Made by a program: the position numbers and the translations under genes | Assembly: GCA_964554585.1 (NCBI GenBank) | Contig: CAZKPD010000003.1 | Span: 252 to 49,196, forward strand | DNA length: 48,945 nt | Reading direction: 5' to 3' | Source: an uncultured Rikenellaceae bacterium | GTDB lineage: Bacteria > Bacteroidota > Bacteroidia > Bacteroidales > Tenuifilaceae | Notes under the pieces: model-generated | Seen by the model: only the letters and a program-made list of their open reading frames with translations | Databases searched by the model: none | What the model was told of the DNA's origin: nothing | In this document: positions 12,551-21,342 of the stretch, in pieces | How positions within the stretch are numbered: position 1 is the first letter of the stretch | Layout: every line of letters starts with the position of its first letter

Positions 12551-13363
12551 TTAATCCACATCAATCATGATTTGAGCCCCCTCAAGGGTATACCTCGCAC
12601 CATAATCTACAATTACAGCCACCGCATATTTTCCCGGACTAAGTTTCCCTTTGGGAAGACCCAACTCAACATTTCGGGTTAATTTGGGATAGGTTTCAAT
12701 ATCAATGTGCGGGAATTGAACCTCTTCTCCGGTATTGATATTTGATGCAATAAGAAAAACTTTGGCAGCAGTAATTTTATCTCCCAAATTATCAATGGAC
12801 GCCGTAAACTGTCTCTCATTACTATCGGCACCTGTGGTCTCTTTAATTCCCGTAACTTTAAGAGAATGATTTTTATTGCTCGCTGGGGACTGGAACACCG
12901 AAACAGCAATCCTGCTAGCAACCATAACTCCTGCCGACAGTGCTTTATCGGCATCCCAAGAGGTTTGCTCAATGGTCGGTTGAACATGAAGAATGGACCA
13001 AGCAGCAACATACTCATCAACCGGAACCAGCATGGTTACCTGAACAGGGATATTCTCTCCGGGATTTAGCTCAAAAAAACTAGGGTTAATATTCAACCAG
13101 TCAGAAGCGTTACGCCTAGTGGTTGCCGGAGGCATTATCTGTTTTTTTCCATCGCTCCCGGGTATAAAGTCGGAAATAGATATGATAAAGGCGACCTTTC
13201 TATTGCTATGATTCCTAATATTCAAAACCTTGGTTTGATTCTCTCCGGGTTCAGCCGTGAAATCTAACCTTATGGGTGCAACCTCAAAATCTTGTGCAAA
13301 AACAGAAACTGCCATTTGCATAAGCATAAGAAAAGGTAAATAGTAACGTATGCTAAAACTCAT
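12551..13363 (-). CDS. Putative periplasmic pilus chaperone (two Ig-like domains; PapD-N/DUF916-like)
   Basis: Signal peptide (…VFA|QD); EVAPIRLDF…GENQTKVLNIRN start; WLNINPSFFELNPGE; second domain with IDNLGD and LSPGKYAVAVIVDYG. Confidence 0.7.
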   Translation of the reverse strand: MSFSIRYYLPFLMLMQMAVSVFAQDFEVAPIRLDFTAEPGENQTKVLNIRNHSNRKVAFIISISDFIPGSDGKKQIMPPATTRRNASDWLNINPSFFELNPGENIPVQVTMLVPVDEYVAAWSILHVQPTIEQTSWDADKALSAGVMVASRIAVSVFQSPASNKNHSLKVTGIKETTGADSNERQFTASIDNLGDKITAAKVFLIASNINTGEEVQFPHIDIETYPKLTRNVELGLPKGKLSPGKYAVAVIVDYGARYTLEGAQIMIDVD

Positions 13364-13392
13364 ATACTAAACGATTAAAGGTTTAAGTAGGG

Positions 13393-13400
13393 CAAATATA
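13393..13400 (-). promoter_or_regulatory. sigma-A -7 element for chaperone-MORN unit
   Basis: Reverse complement reads TATATTTG, ~30 nt upstream of ATG. Confidence 0.6.
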
Positions 13401-13565
13401 GAATAAAAAAATATAGGGTCTTCAATTTTAGTAAATTTTGGAATTTACAAATGCTATTTAAGCATAAATACGTAATAACATTAAAATAGGTTCATATATC
13501 CAAATATTTAATAGTCCATATTTAAAGATTTGTCTATTTTTATATTGGTAAATAAAAAAATTGGC

Positions 13566-13573
13566 TAGATTTG
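13566..13573 (+). promoter_or_regulatory. sigma-A -7 element for TPR-PP2C gene
   Basis: TAGATTTG 23 nt upstream of ATG 13597. Confidence 0.5.
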
Positions 13574-13596
13574 AATGCCTTATCATTACAAAGACA

Positions 13597-15474
13597 ATGA
13601 ATGTATCGTTTACTAAAATAAGAATCTTTATTCTTTTCATTTTCTTAACCTTGTTTGTGCCCATATTCTCTTATGGCCAACAGGTTGTGATTCTGCCCCC
13701 CGACAAACAAGAAGATGTGGAGCGTTATCTAGAGCTGGCCAACAGGTATAAGCAGGCTAACAACTTAGTGCAAACCTCGTTCTATCTTAACAAAATAGCC
13801 TTTATCTATTGGGAGAACAATAGCCTCCGTGAGGCAGTAAGCTATTTTACGGAGACAGTTCCTCTTTATGAAAAAACAGGGAACTATAACGATGTCAAGG
13901 TTGTATATAGCAATATCGGCCTTATTTACACCGACCTTGAACGTTTCGACCTGGCACTGGAGAGCTTTTACCGAAGCCTAGAGGTTCGGCGTAAGCTCAA
14001 TGATAAAACAGAGGTGGCCGCAGGATTAATTGATGTGGCATATATCCATGGCGCACTGTCACAGCATGACAAAGCCATTCCCCTTTTAGAAGAAGCATTG
14101 GAAATCTCTCGCCAACTGGGAAACCACAGGTTAACTTTTACGTGCCTTAGCCTTCTTGCTTTTAACTACGACAGGATAGGCAACCTTGCTAAAGCTGCCA
14201 CAGCAAATGAACAACTTGCCCAGATTCGAGAGCTTTTAGCAAGGCAAGAAATGCAGGTTGAGTATGAAGGAATTGTGGGTAAAACGGAAGCAGAGGTTCA
14301 ACGTGAGAGGGAAGTCCGATTGGCTCAAGCCGAACTGATGGAATTACAACAGCTTAGGGCAAGGTTCTCGCGTGACTCGTTGGACATAATTGTTCAGTCA
14401 AAACAGGATTCGCTTGAAAAAGCAGAACAGGTAAGATTACAAAAAGAACAAGAGATTGAATTACTCAATTTGTCCGCTGAAAAGCAAGAGTTAGAAAAGA
14501 AGAATCTTCAAAACCGTCAACGTGCCCAACAAATCGTTATCTATGCTGTGGCGTCAGGTTTAGCATTGGTAATGCTATTACTTGGGTTCGTTGTTAAAAG
14601 TGCTCGCGACAGGAAAAAAGCCAACCAAAAGCTAAGTGAACAGAACGAACAGATCCAAAAGCAAAGTACCCAAATCCGTAAGCAAAACGACAATATCAGT
14701 AAGAGTATCAACTATGCTCAGGGTATCCAAAAAGCCCTACTCCCATCCCAAAACCGAATAGCAGAATACTTTACTGAATCCTTTATCTATTTTAAGCCAA
14801 GGGATGTGGTGAGCGGTGACTATTACTGGTTTAAGCCTATCCCGGGAGAGAATGGAATTTTCAATCATAAAACGGACAAAATTGCTATTTCTGCCATCGA
14901 CTGTACCGGTCACGGCGTTCCGGGTGCTTTCCTCTCAATGATTGGATACAACCTGCTGGACGAAATTATTGAAAAAGGGATTCATGAACCCGGCCGTATC
15001 CTGCAAGAATTGAACAGGGGAGTAAGAAGAGCCCTAAGGCAAGGCGAAACAGACAACAGAGACGGAATGGATATGGCCCTATGTGTGTGGGATCCTAAAA
15101 CCAAAACCATTGAATTCTCGGGTGCTAAAAACCCGTTGGTTTACGTTACCAAAGGCGAGCTAAATCGGATAAAGGGAAATAAGGAATCCATTGGAGGTGG
15201 AGTTGGTCCGGACCAAGAGTATGAAACCCATAGGGTAACCATCGATTCTACCACTTGGATATACATGTTCTCCGACGGATATATCGACCAGTTTGGCGGA
15301 AAGGAAGGACGCAAGTTTATGATAAAGAATTTTTTAGATATGCTTCACTATATCCATGAACTACCGGGAACAGAACAGCGCGAAATATTAAAAATCACCT
15401 TTAACGAATGGAGAGGGAAAAAATTCTCACAGATTGACGATGTACTGGTAATGGGATGTAAGTTCGAAGCATAA
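13597..15474 (+). CDS. Membrane sensor phosphatase: periplasmic TPR + coiled coil, TM, SpoIIE/RsbU-type PP2C domain
   Basis: Signal peptide, TPRs, TM (IVIYAVASGLALVMLLLGFVV), SINYAQGIQ, VSGDYYW, DCTGHGVPGAF, DGMD, SDGY.DQ, DD. Confidence 0.9.
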   Translation: MNVSFTKIRIFILFIFLTLFVPIFSYGQQVVILPPDKQEDVERYLELANRYKQANNLVQTSFYLNKIAFIYWENNSLREAVSYFTETVPLYEKTGNYNDVKVVYSNIGLIYTDLERFDLALESFYRSLEVRRKLNDKTEVAAGLIDVAYIHGALSQHDKAIPLLEEALEISRQLGNHRLTFTCLSLLAFNYDRIGNLAKAATANEQLAQIRELLARQEMQVEYEGIVGKTEAEVQREREVRLAQAELMELQQLRARFSRDSLDIIVQSKQDSLEKAEQVRLQKEQEIELLNLSAEKQELEKKNLQNRQRAQQIVIYAVASGLALVMLLLGFVVKSARDRKKANQKLSEQNEQIQKQSTQIRKQNDNISKSINYAQGIQKALLPSQNRIAEYFTESFIYFKPRDVVSGDYYWFKPIPGENGIFNHKTDKIAISAIDCTGHGVPGAFLSMIGYNLLDEIIEKGIHEPGRILQELNRGVRRALRQGETDNRDGMDMALCVWDPKTKTIEFSGAKNPLVYVTKGELNRIKGNKESIGGGVGPDQEYETHRVTIDSTTWIYMFSDGYIDQFGGKEGRKFMIKNFLDMLHYIHELPGTEQREILKITFNEWRGKKFSQIDDVLVMGCKFEA

Positions 15475-15504
15475 AGGGACTGGGTTTGAACAAAGAGTTT
15501 TTAT

Positions 15505-15512
15505 TACATTTG
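15505..15512 (+). promoter_or_regulatory. sigma-A -7 element upstream of putative major pilin
   Basis: TACATTTG, with TTTG at 15485-15488 (16-nt spacer, shorter than usual). Confidence 0.5.
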
Positions 15513-15665
15513 TCATCCCAATCAGGTTGTTCCCCATCATTCTAAGGGGAACCATCAAAAACAGAGCTTGAACAGTTGTTTTTAACTTTTAATAGCTAAT
15601 TTTACACTATAAATTAAGCACGCAGTGTATACTGATGCAGACTACTAACCTAAAATAACACAAAA

Positions 15666-16232
15666 ATGAAAAAACTAGTACTTGGTGCAGCCATGCTGCT
15701 ATTGGCCCAGTTAGGATTTGGGCAAGCCGTAAATGAGTCGGCCATTATTCCCGTATCGGTTACCCTTAACGCCGTTTCTAGGCTAAGCATTGAATCGGGT
15801 GGAAACATTAAATTTGTTTTTACATCTATCAATGACTATAACACCGGTTTCAGTGGGCAAACAGTGCCTCTATATCGTACAACAGTAAGTATTGCCTCTT
15901 CTAGGGATTTTACAGTTAACATGTACGCAGAATCTAGCGACTTTCAGCCAACAGATAATGCTACTAATACCCTAGAAATTGGGAATTTGGAGTATATGCT
16001 AGATTGGATTGGAACTAATCCTCCAACCACATTTGTGGGTAGTTTCACTCAAATGACTCAAGCGGTACAAGCGGTAGTTAGTGATGGATTAGCTGGTGAT
16101 GGTGAAGCCAATCGCTTTGAGATTCACTGGAGATTAGGTACACCCGACAACCTTGAGGGCACCCTACTTTCGCAGGGTGATATAGCAGCTGACCACTATG
16201 TGGCCAATATCTTTATCGAGCTTGCCAACTAA
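15666..16232 (+). CDS. Putative major pilin-like subunit (secreted, beta-rich, N-terminal extension)
   Basis: Signal peptide (…GFG|QA); alternating strand SAIIPVSVTLN; C-terminal ADHYVANIFIEL strand; no Cys, no lipobox. Confidence 0.6.
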   Translation: MKKLVLGAAMLLLAQLGFGQAVNESAIIPVSVTLNAVSRLSIESGGNIKFVFTSINDYNTGFSGQTVPLYRTTVSIASSRDFTVNMYAESSDFQPTDNATNTLEIGNLEYMLDWIGTNPPTTFVGSFTQMTQAVQAVVSDGLAGDGEANRFEIHWRLGTPDNLEGTLLSQGDIAADHYVANIFIELAN

Positions 16233-16274
16233 ATCCTTTTTGCACCCTAAAAGGGTTAACTTATAACACGCCAA

Positions 16275-16309
16275 ATCGGTGATCCTGAGGCATCCTCGGG
16301 TTCACCGAT
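16275..16309 (+). promoter_or_regulatory. Strong intergenic stem-loop without U-tract (mRNA stabiliser/attenuator)
   Basis: atcggtga-tcctgagg-cat-cctcgggt-tcaccgat. Confidence 0.65.
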
Positions 16310-16333
16310 GAAGTGTGATTAAGCGTACAAGCC

Positions 16334-16858
16334 GTGAAGCGACTTTACCTCTTAATACTACTTCTTATTCCATTCATTGCATCTGCCCAGCTATCGGCCG
16401 ATATTAAAGTGATTGGGGGTAGTAATGTTATGTTTCATGTAAACTCGCTCAAAAAGTGGCAAGAGGGTGTTACCCTTGAGGGATGGTCTAGAATAAGGAT
16501 TAGGTTTAATGAGGAGACCACTCCTACAGCAATTACCGGCTGGCAACTTAATATTAAAGCACAGTCTAATCACATCCGACATGATGGTTCCGGCAGTGAC
16601 ATGGACCTTGAAACGCTGGAAATACGGGCCATCAATGTGGACCCACTACAAGGAACATATACCGGAATTGCTCCTCCAGTAATGGTCCCTTTGAATAGTG
16701 GCTATGTCCCGTTAATTAGTGACAATCAAATTTCGCATGTAGATTTGATTATTACCATTAGCTATGATTTAGGAACCCACGATTGGAACAGACTGTTGGG
16801 TTATGATCCGGGTTACTATTTTGTAGACATTGAATTTCAACTGATATCTGTTGAATAA
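16334..16858 (+). CDS. Putative minor pilin-like subunit, paralog of 15666..16232
   Basis: GTG start; signal peptide (…ASA|QL); shares GG.N..F…S…..G, LGT…LL and PGYYFVDIEFQL patterns with the upstream gene. Confidence 0.6.
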   Translation: MKRLYLLILLLIPFIASAQLSADIKVIGGSNVMFHVNSLKKWQEGVTLEGWSRIRIRFNEETTPTAITGWQLNIKAQSNHIRHDGSGSDMDLETLEIRAINVDPLQGTYTGIAPPVMVPLNSGYVPLISDNQISHVDLIITISYDLGTHDWNRLLGYDPGYYFVDIEFQLISVE

Positions 16859-16882
16859 TAGCAAGTACATTTTAGAGAATTG

Positions 16883-19800
16883 ATGGAAGCCCTAAAAAAA
16901 TACATATTCTTGACCATCCTTTTTCTATCTATCGCACTTTCACATAAGAGCTATAGCCAATACTTCCTACATAGTAATGAAACTGCAAACCTAGGTCTTT
17001 CCTTTTTAAAAGAGAGCATTAATGCTAATTCGGGAGAATCATTTTTTAATACCATATTTATAAAAAACAATGGAACCCGAACAGAGTTCTTCACCCTTAA
17101 TATAAGTGTACCCCAAAGTTGGAAGGTTCTAGGGCAAGAACAGCAGGATTTAGTTCTAGACCCAGGAGATTCGCTTATCATACCGCTTAGGGTATCAACC
17201 CATGCCAAAGCCAAAGGCGATATAGGGTACTCTGTTATTGCATCCCTTACCGATTCCCGAGGCAACACCATTAAGAATGAATACTGTTTTATCAAAATTG
17301 CGTCTAAAGCAGACCTTAGGGTATCGGTCCCCATTGGCACCAACTATTTTGACCAAAAAACTTGGTTATCTGGCTTTCCGGTAAATATTTCAAACAACGG
17401 GAATAAGGAAGAGCTTATAAACCTAATTTTCGACCTAGAGAAGGGCATTGGTTTGGGTGACTCTTTTCTAGAAAATTTCTCTTTAGATATAATGGTCCCC
17501 CCCTATACAGATACCACTTTATACTATACAGTTAGGCTTAAACCCGATATGCTTGAGGGGAAGGAATCATTTCGTCTGCATTTAGTGGCCGAAACTCCCG
17601 GAAAACGTTTCTCGCAGTCCGTATGGTTTAGGACTTTGAATGCTCAATACAATAATTATATCCCACCAACCCAAAAAACGCTTCTTGTGGATTTCTCGGC
17701 TCAGGGACTCTTGAGTCAAGGACGTATTCCTAACTATATTTTATATTTACAGGGGAAAACGCTACTAAAAAATAATAACGATATCTATTACCAATACCGA
17801 AATCTCTCTTCTAACTCAACTGAGGCACTCTATAAGTACAACTTTATGCACATAGGTGCAAATATTAACAAATGGAATTTTGAAGTGGGCGATTCCTATA
17901 TGAATCATGAAGCTTCTTTATATGGTAGAGGGATTACTGTAGGTTACACAGGTAATAAGTTTAATATTCAATCCATTGCCAACTCAGATCCTAAAACTGA
18001 CATAAAAAATGCCGGATTATTTGGTGGAATTAGTTTTGGGAAGTCTTCGCTTAACCTAGGCGTTTCTGTACACGATAATCAAAGGGCAGAAGTACAAGCT
18101 TTACTTGCCTCAATAGAGCCAAAAATAAATATAAGGAAACATAATTTAAGCCTGTTAATGGCAGCAAATCCAGTAAAACAGGATAGGGATGGGCAAACAG
18201 ATCATTTAGAGTATAGCTCAGAAATAAGATATAGCAGTAGTTTTAAGAAATTAAGAAACATAGTAAAACTACGATACGCAACACCAAACTACTATGGAAA
18301 CTATAAGGGTAGACTATTTGGTTATCTTAGTTCTCAGTATCTTATCAATCAAACCAATAGACTATCATTACATACTACACTTAACAACAACACTCGACCA
18401 ATAATAAGCAGCGGTCAAACCCTTTATAACAACGAAAACAGCAGCACTATTGCCAAATTATTTCATACTTGGGATATAACTCCCAAAGCCAACTTTTTTT
18501 ACGGCCCAACGTTTGAGCGTTTCCAAAAAAACCAGATTCAAAATAATGCCGCTTTAGCTAACGATTTTATATCAAACACAGTGGGCCTACAGGCAGGCTC
18601 TCGTTTCCGTTTTGATGATCCCTATACAAGTTTTACACCTAAAATAACCGTTGGCAATGTTAATATTATTGACTTCCCTAGGCTATATGGGAATAATCCT
18701 GGACTATACACCACAAACACGAATTACTTTATATACTATCTAGATGTTAACTACCGTTCCAGATATTGGAACTTTATTGCTTCGTATGAGGCAGGCCCTA
18801 GGAATGTGTACTCCCAATTCAATTACTTCTATCTGGGTCGTTCTACAAGAACATTAAGGGTAATGCCCTCCGTAGATATGTTTTTATACAAAAAAATAAT
18901 GCACTTAGAGGCGGGGATTACCTACAATAATGATATGGTGCTTAAGAATTCATTTATTAACACCTCAGCACTTTTCACTTGGTATCTTCCTCAATACTGG
19001 AGTGCTTATGCTAACGCATTTTATACTATAACTAACCGAACTACAAGTAGTGGTACAGATTCATACCAAAGTTTATACTTAGAAGCGGGTATTAGAAAAG
19101 AGTTAAATCTAAAACATCCAAGGGTAAGTTACCATACTCTTAGCTTAACCCTATTTAAAGATTTCAATGGCAACTACGAGAAAGAGTCCAATGAGCCAGG
19201 AATACCTCAGGTAATCGTCTCGCTTACTCGAGAAATTAACTTGAAGGAAGAATATATCCCTGGCAATGTAGGGAACATTGAGCTAATGAGTAACTACTTG
19301 GGAGAGGTAACCTTTACCGATATACCCAATGGAATATATAAGGTAGAATTTACCCCCATAGGAAAAGAGGTGGGTACTTTCACAAAATCTGTAGAAGAGT
19401 TAACTATAAATCTTCAAGAGGATCAGCACTTATACTTCCCATTCGTTGAGAAGAATAAGGTGTTTGGAAAAATTATCCTAAACCGTAGCAGGCTCTCGGG
19501 TATAGGCAAGATAGATGTTTCAAACGTTCGCCTAACCGTTACCGATAGCCATGGTCGTTCCTTCTCTACCCTTACCGATAAGAACGGTGAGTTTGTACTG
19601 TTTGCTCCCATTACTGATGAGTACATTGTTACCATTAACAACCTTTTTTATGAGGATTTTGACCTTCGTCAAAATAATTTTGTGGTGCAGTTTAATGGGT
19701 ACAAACAGTTTGAGGTAAACTTTATTTTTGATGAGAAGGTGCGGCGAATTAACTTTGCTTCAACAGATGCTGAAAGGGCTATGGGACTTCAGCAAATTCG

Positions 19801-20410
19801 TCGCACAACCATTTCGGGAACCGTTAAGGATGCCAATACCCAACAGCCCGTTAGGGCTAAGGTTAACCTGGTGAATACGCGTACAAACTCCGTATTCACA
19901 TCCACCAGCTCCAGTGCAACCAGTGGTGACTATAACCTAACTTTTGTGGCGGGCGATAACTACTTGCTCGAGGTGATAGCCGATGATTACTGGTATCTGT
20001 CGGAAAACTTAATGCTTCAACAGATTACCACCTTTATGAATATCACTAGGGACGTTCTGCTAAAACCTGTTACTGTGGGTTCAAGCATCGACCTTAACAT
20101 CCGATTTGCTGCAAACGACTCTTACCTAGCCCCCGAATCTGTTGCCGAGCTTAATCGTCTGCTCCGTCAGCTTAAGGATAACCAAACAGTGCGTATTGAA
20201 ATTCAAGGTCATTGCGATAACCTAGAGGCATTACAAAAACCAAATGTAGCACTCGACCGAGCAAATGCTGTGGGCAAGTACCTCATTGAAAATGGGTTTA
20301 GCAACTTTGCGCTAAAGAGCATGGGTAATACCACTCCCGTATCGTTTGAAGAGACCGAAGAAGGACGTGGAATTAACCGCAGGATTAGCGTAGTGGTACT
20401 CTCTAAGTAA
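16883..20410 (+). CDS. Putative usher-like outer-membrane protein: N-terminal Ig domains, beta-barrel, SdrD-B/transthyretin-like domains, C-terminal OmpA-like domain
   Basis: Signal peptide (…SYS|QY); IKNNG/LDPGDS and ISNNGN Ig motifs; ~480 aa of amphipathic strands; FKDFNGNYEKESNEPGI; TDKNGEF; ISGTVKDA; IEIQGHCD…RANAV…NRR. Confidence 0.65.
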   Translation: MEALKKYIFLTILFLSIALSHKSYSQYFLHSNETANLGLSFLKESINANSGESFFNTIFIKNNGTRTEFFTLNISVPQSWKVLGQEQQDLVLDPGDSLIIPLRVSTHAKAKGDIGYSVIASLTDSRGNTIKNEYCFIKIASKADLRVSVPIGTNYFDQKTWLSGFPVNISNNGNKEELINLIFDLEKGIGLGDSFLENFSLDIMVPPYTDTTLYYTVRLKPDMLEGKESFRLHLVAETPGKRFSQSVWFRTLNAQYNNYIPPTQKTLLVDFSAQGLLSQGRIPNYILYLQGKTLLKNNNDIYYQYRNLSSNSTEALYKYNFMHIGANINKWNFEVGDSYMNHEASLYGRGITVGYTGNKFNIQSIANSDPKTDIKNAGLFGGISFGKSSLNLGVSVHDNQRAEVQALLASIEPKINIRKHNLSLLMAANPVKQDRDGQTDHLEYSSEIRYSSSFKKLRNIVKLRYATPNYYGNYKGRLFGYLSSQYLINQTNRLSLHTTLNNNTRPIISSGQTLYNNENSSTIAKLFHTWDITPKANFFYGPTFERFQKNQIQNNAALANDFISNTVGLQAGSRFRFDDPYTSFTPKITVGNVNIIDFPRLYGNNPGLYTTNTNYFIYYLDVNYRSRYWNFIASYEAGPRNVYSQFNYFYLGRSTRTLRVMPSVDMFLYKKIMHLEAGITYNNDMVLKNSFINTSALFTWYLPQYWSAYANAFYTITNRTTSSGTDSYQSLYLEAGIRKELNLKHPRVSYHTLSLTLFKDFNGNYEKESNEPGIPQVIVSLTREINLKEEYIPGNVGNIELMSNYLGEVTFTDIPNGIYKVEFTPIGKEVGTFTKSVEELTINLQEDQHLYFPFVEKNKVFGKIILNRSRLSGIGKIDVSNVRLTVTDSHGRSFSTLTDKNGEFVLFAPITDEYIVTINNLFYEDFDLRQNNFVVQFNGYKQFEVNFIFDEKVRRINFASTDAERAMGLQQIRRTTISGTVKDANTQQPVRAKVNLVNTRTNSVFTSTSSSATSGDYNLTFVAGDNYLLEVIADDYWYLSENLMLQQITTFMNITRDVLLKPVTVGSSIDLNIRFAANDSYLAPESVAELNRLLRQLKDNQTVRIEIQGHCDNLEALQKPNVALDRANAVGKYLIENGFSNFALKSMGNTTPVSFEETEEGRGINRRISVVVLSK

Positions 20411-20532
20411 TACGACTTTACTTTTTTACCACAACCATCATTGACCAGTATATTTGGTTTTAGTTTCCCTTGCGTACGAGTTAACATGCATCTGTATCCG
20501 TAAAAACAGCTAATCAAAAGAAATAAAATAGG

Positions 20533-20540
20533 TACTTTTG
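20533..20540 (+). promoter_or_regulatory. sigma-A -7 element for dapB-lepB
   Basis: TACTTTTG 22 nt upstream of ATG. Confidence 0.6.
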
Positions 20541-20562
20541 CGGTTAATAGCTTAAACAAACT

Positions 20563-21279
20563 ATGAATATAGCACTTATAGGATACGGGAGAATGGGCCA
20601 CGAAATTGAGGCGGTTGCAATAGAACGGGGTCACAATATTGCTCTAATTATAGATCAAGAAAATCAGCATGAGCTCAATAGTAAAACCTTAGAGCCTATT
20701 GATGTGGCCATTGAGTTCTCCACTCCTGAAACCGCCCTTAACAACATTACTCTTTGCCTCAATGCAGGAGTTCCAACAGTAAGTGGGACTACAGGGTGGA
20801 CAGAATCGTTGGAACAAGTTAAAGTGCTTGCCCAAACGAAACAAACAGCCTTTTTTTATGCATCTAATTACAGCATTGGAGTCAATCTATTCTTTAAGGT
20901 TAACGAACTACTAGCTCGACTGGTCAATAAGAACATGGGCTATAACGTAAGCATAGAGGAAACACATCATATTCATAAAAAGGATGCGCCCAGCGGAACA
21001 GCCATATCCATAGCGCAGACAATTTTCGGTGCATACAAAAAGTATGATGGTTGGTCATTACTACCCAAATTTTTCGACAACCAAATCCCCATTAAGTCCA
21101 TTCGGGAGGGAGAGATTGCAGGTATTCATTCTGTTCTTTTCGACTCGGAGCAAGACCAGATTATCCTTACCCATAAAGCGAAAAGCCGACGAGGGTTTGC
21201 GCTAGGTGCAGTGCTGGCCGCCGAATTTACCTTGGGTAAAAAAGGTTTTTTAACAATGGATAACCTTCTTGATGTATAG
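20563..21279 (+). CDS. dapB: 4-hydroxy-tetrahydrodipicolinate reductase
   Basis: GYGRMG, SGTTG, ETHHIHKKDAPSGTA, RRGFALGA. Confidence 0.96.
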   Translation: MNIALIGYGRMGHEIEAVAIERGHNIALIIDQENQHELNSKTLEPIDVAIEFSTPETALNNITLCLNAGVPTVSGTTGWTESLEQVKVLAQTKQTAFFYASNYSIGVNLFFKVNELLARLVNKNMGYNVSIEETHHIHKKDAPSGTAISIAQTIFGAYKKYDGWSLLPKFFDNQIPIKSIREGEIAGIHSVLFDSEQDQIILTHKAKSRRGFALGAVLAAEFTLGKKGFLTMDNLLDV

Positions 21280-21342
21280 CAATTGACCAAAAAGTATTAA
21301 ACTTACCGCAGATTTATATTTGAAGATCTACAAGACTAGCAT

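Noticed and set aside
15666-16858. Type V pilins or T9SS cargo
   Set aside because: No lipobox Cys, too small for typical type V pilins, and no recognisable T9SS C-terminal domain
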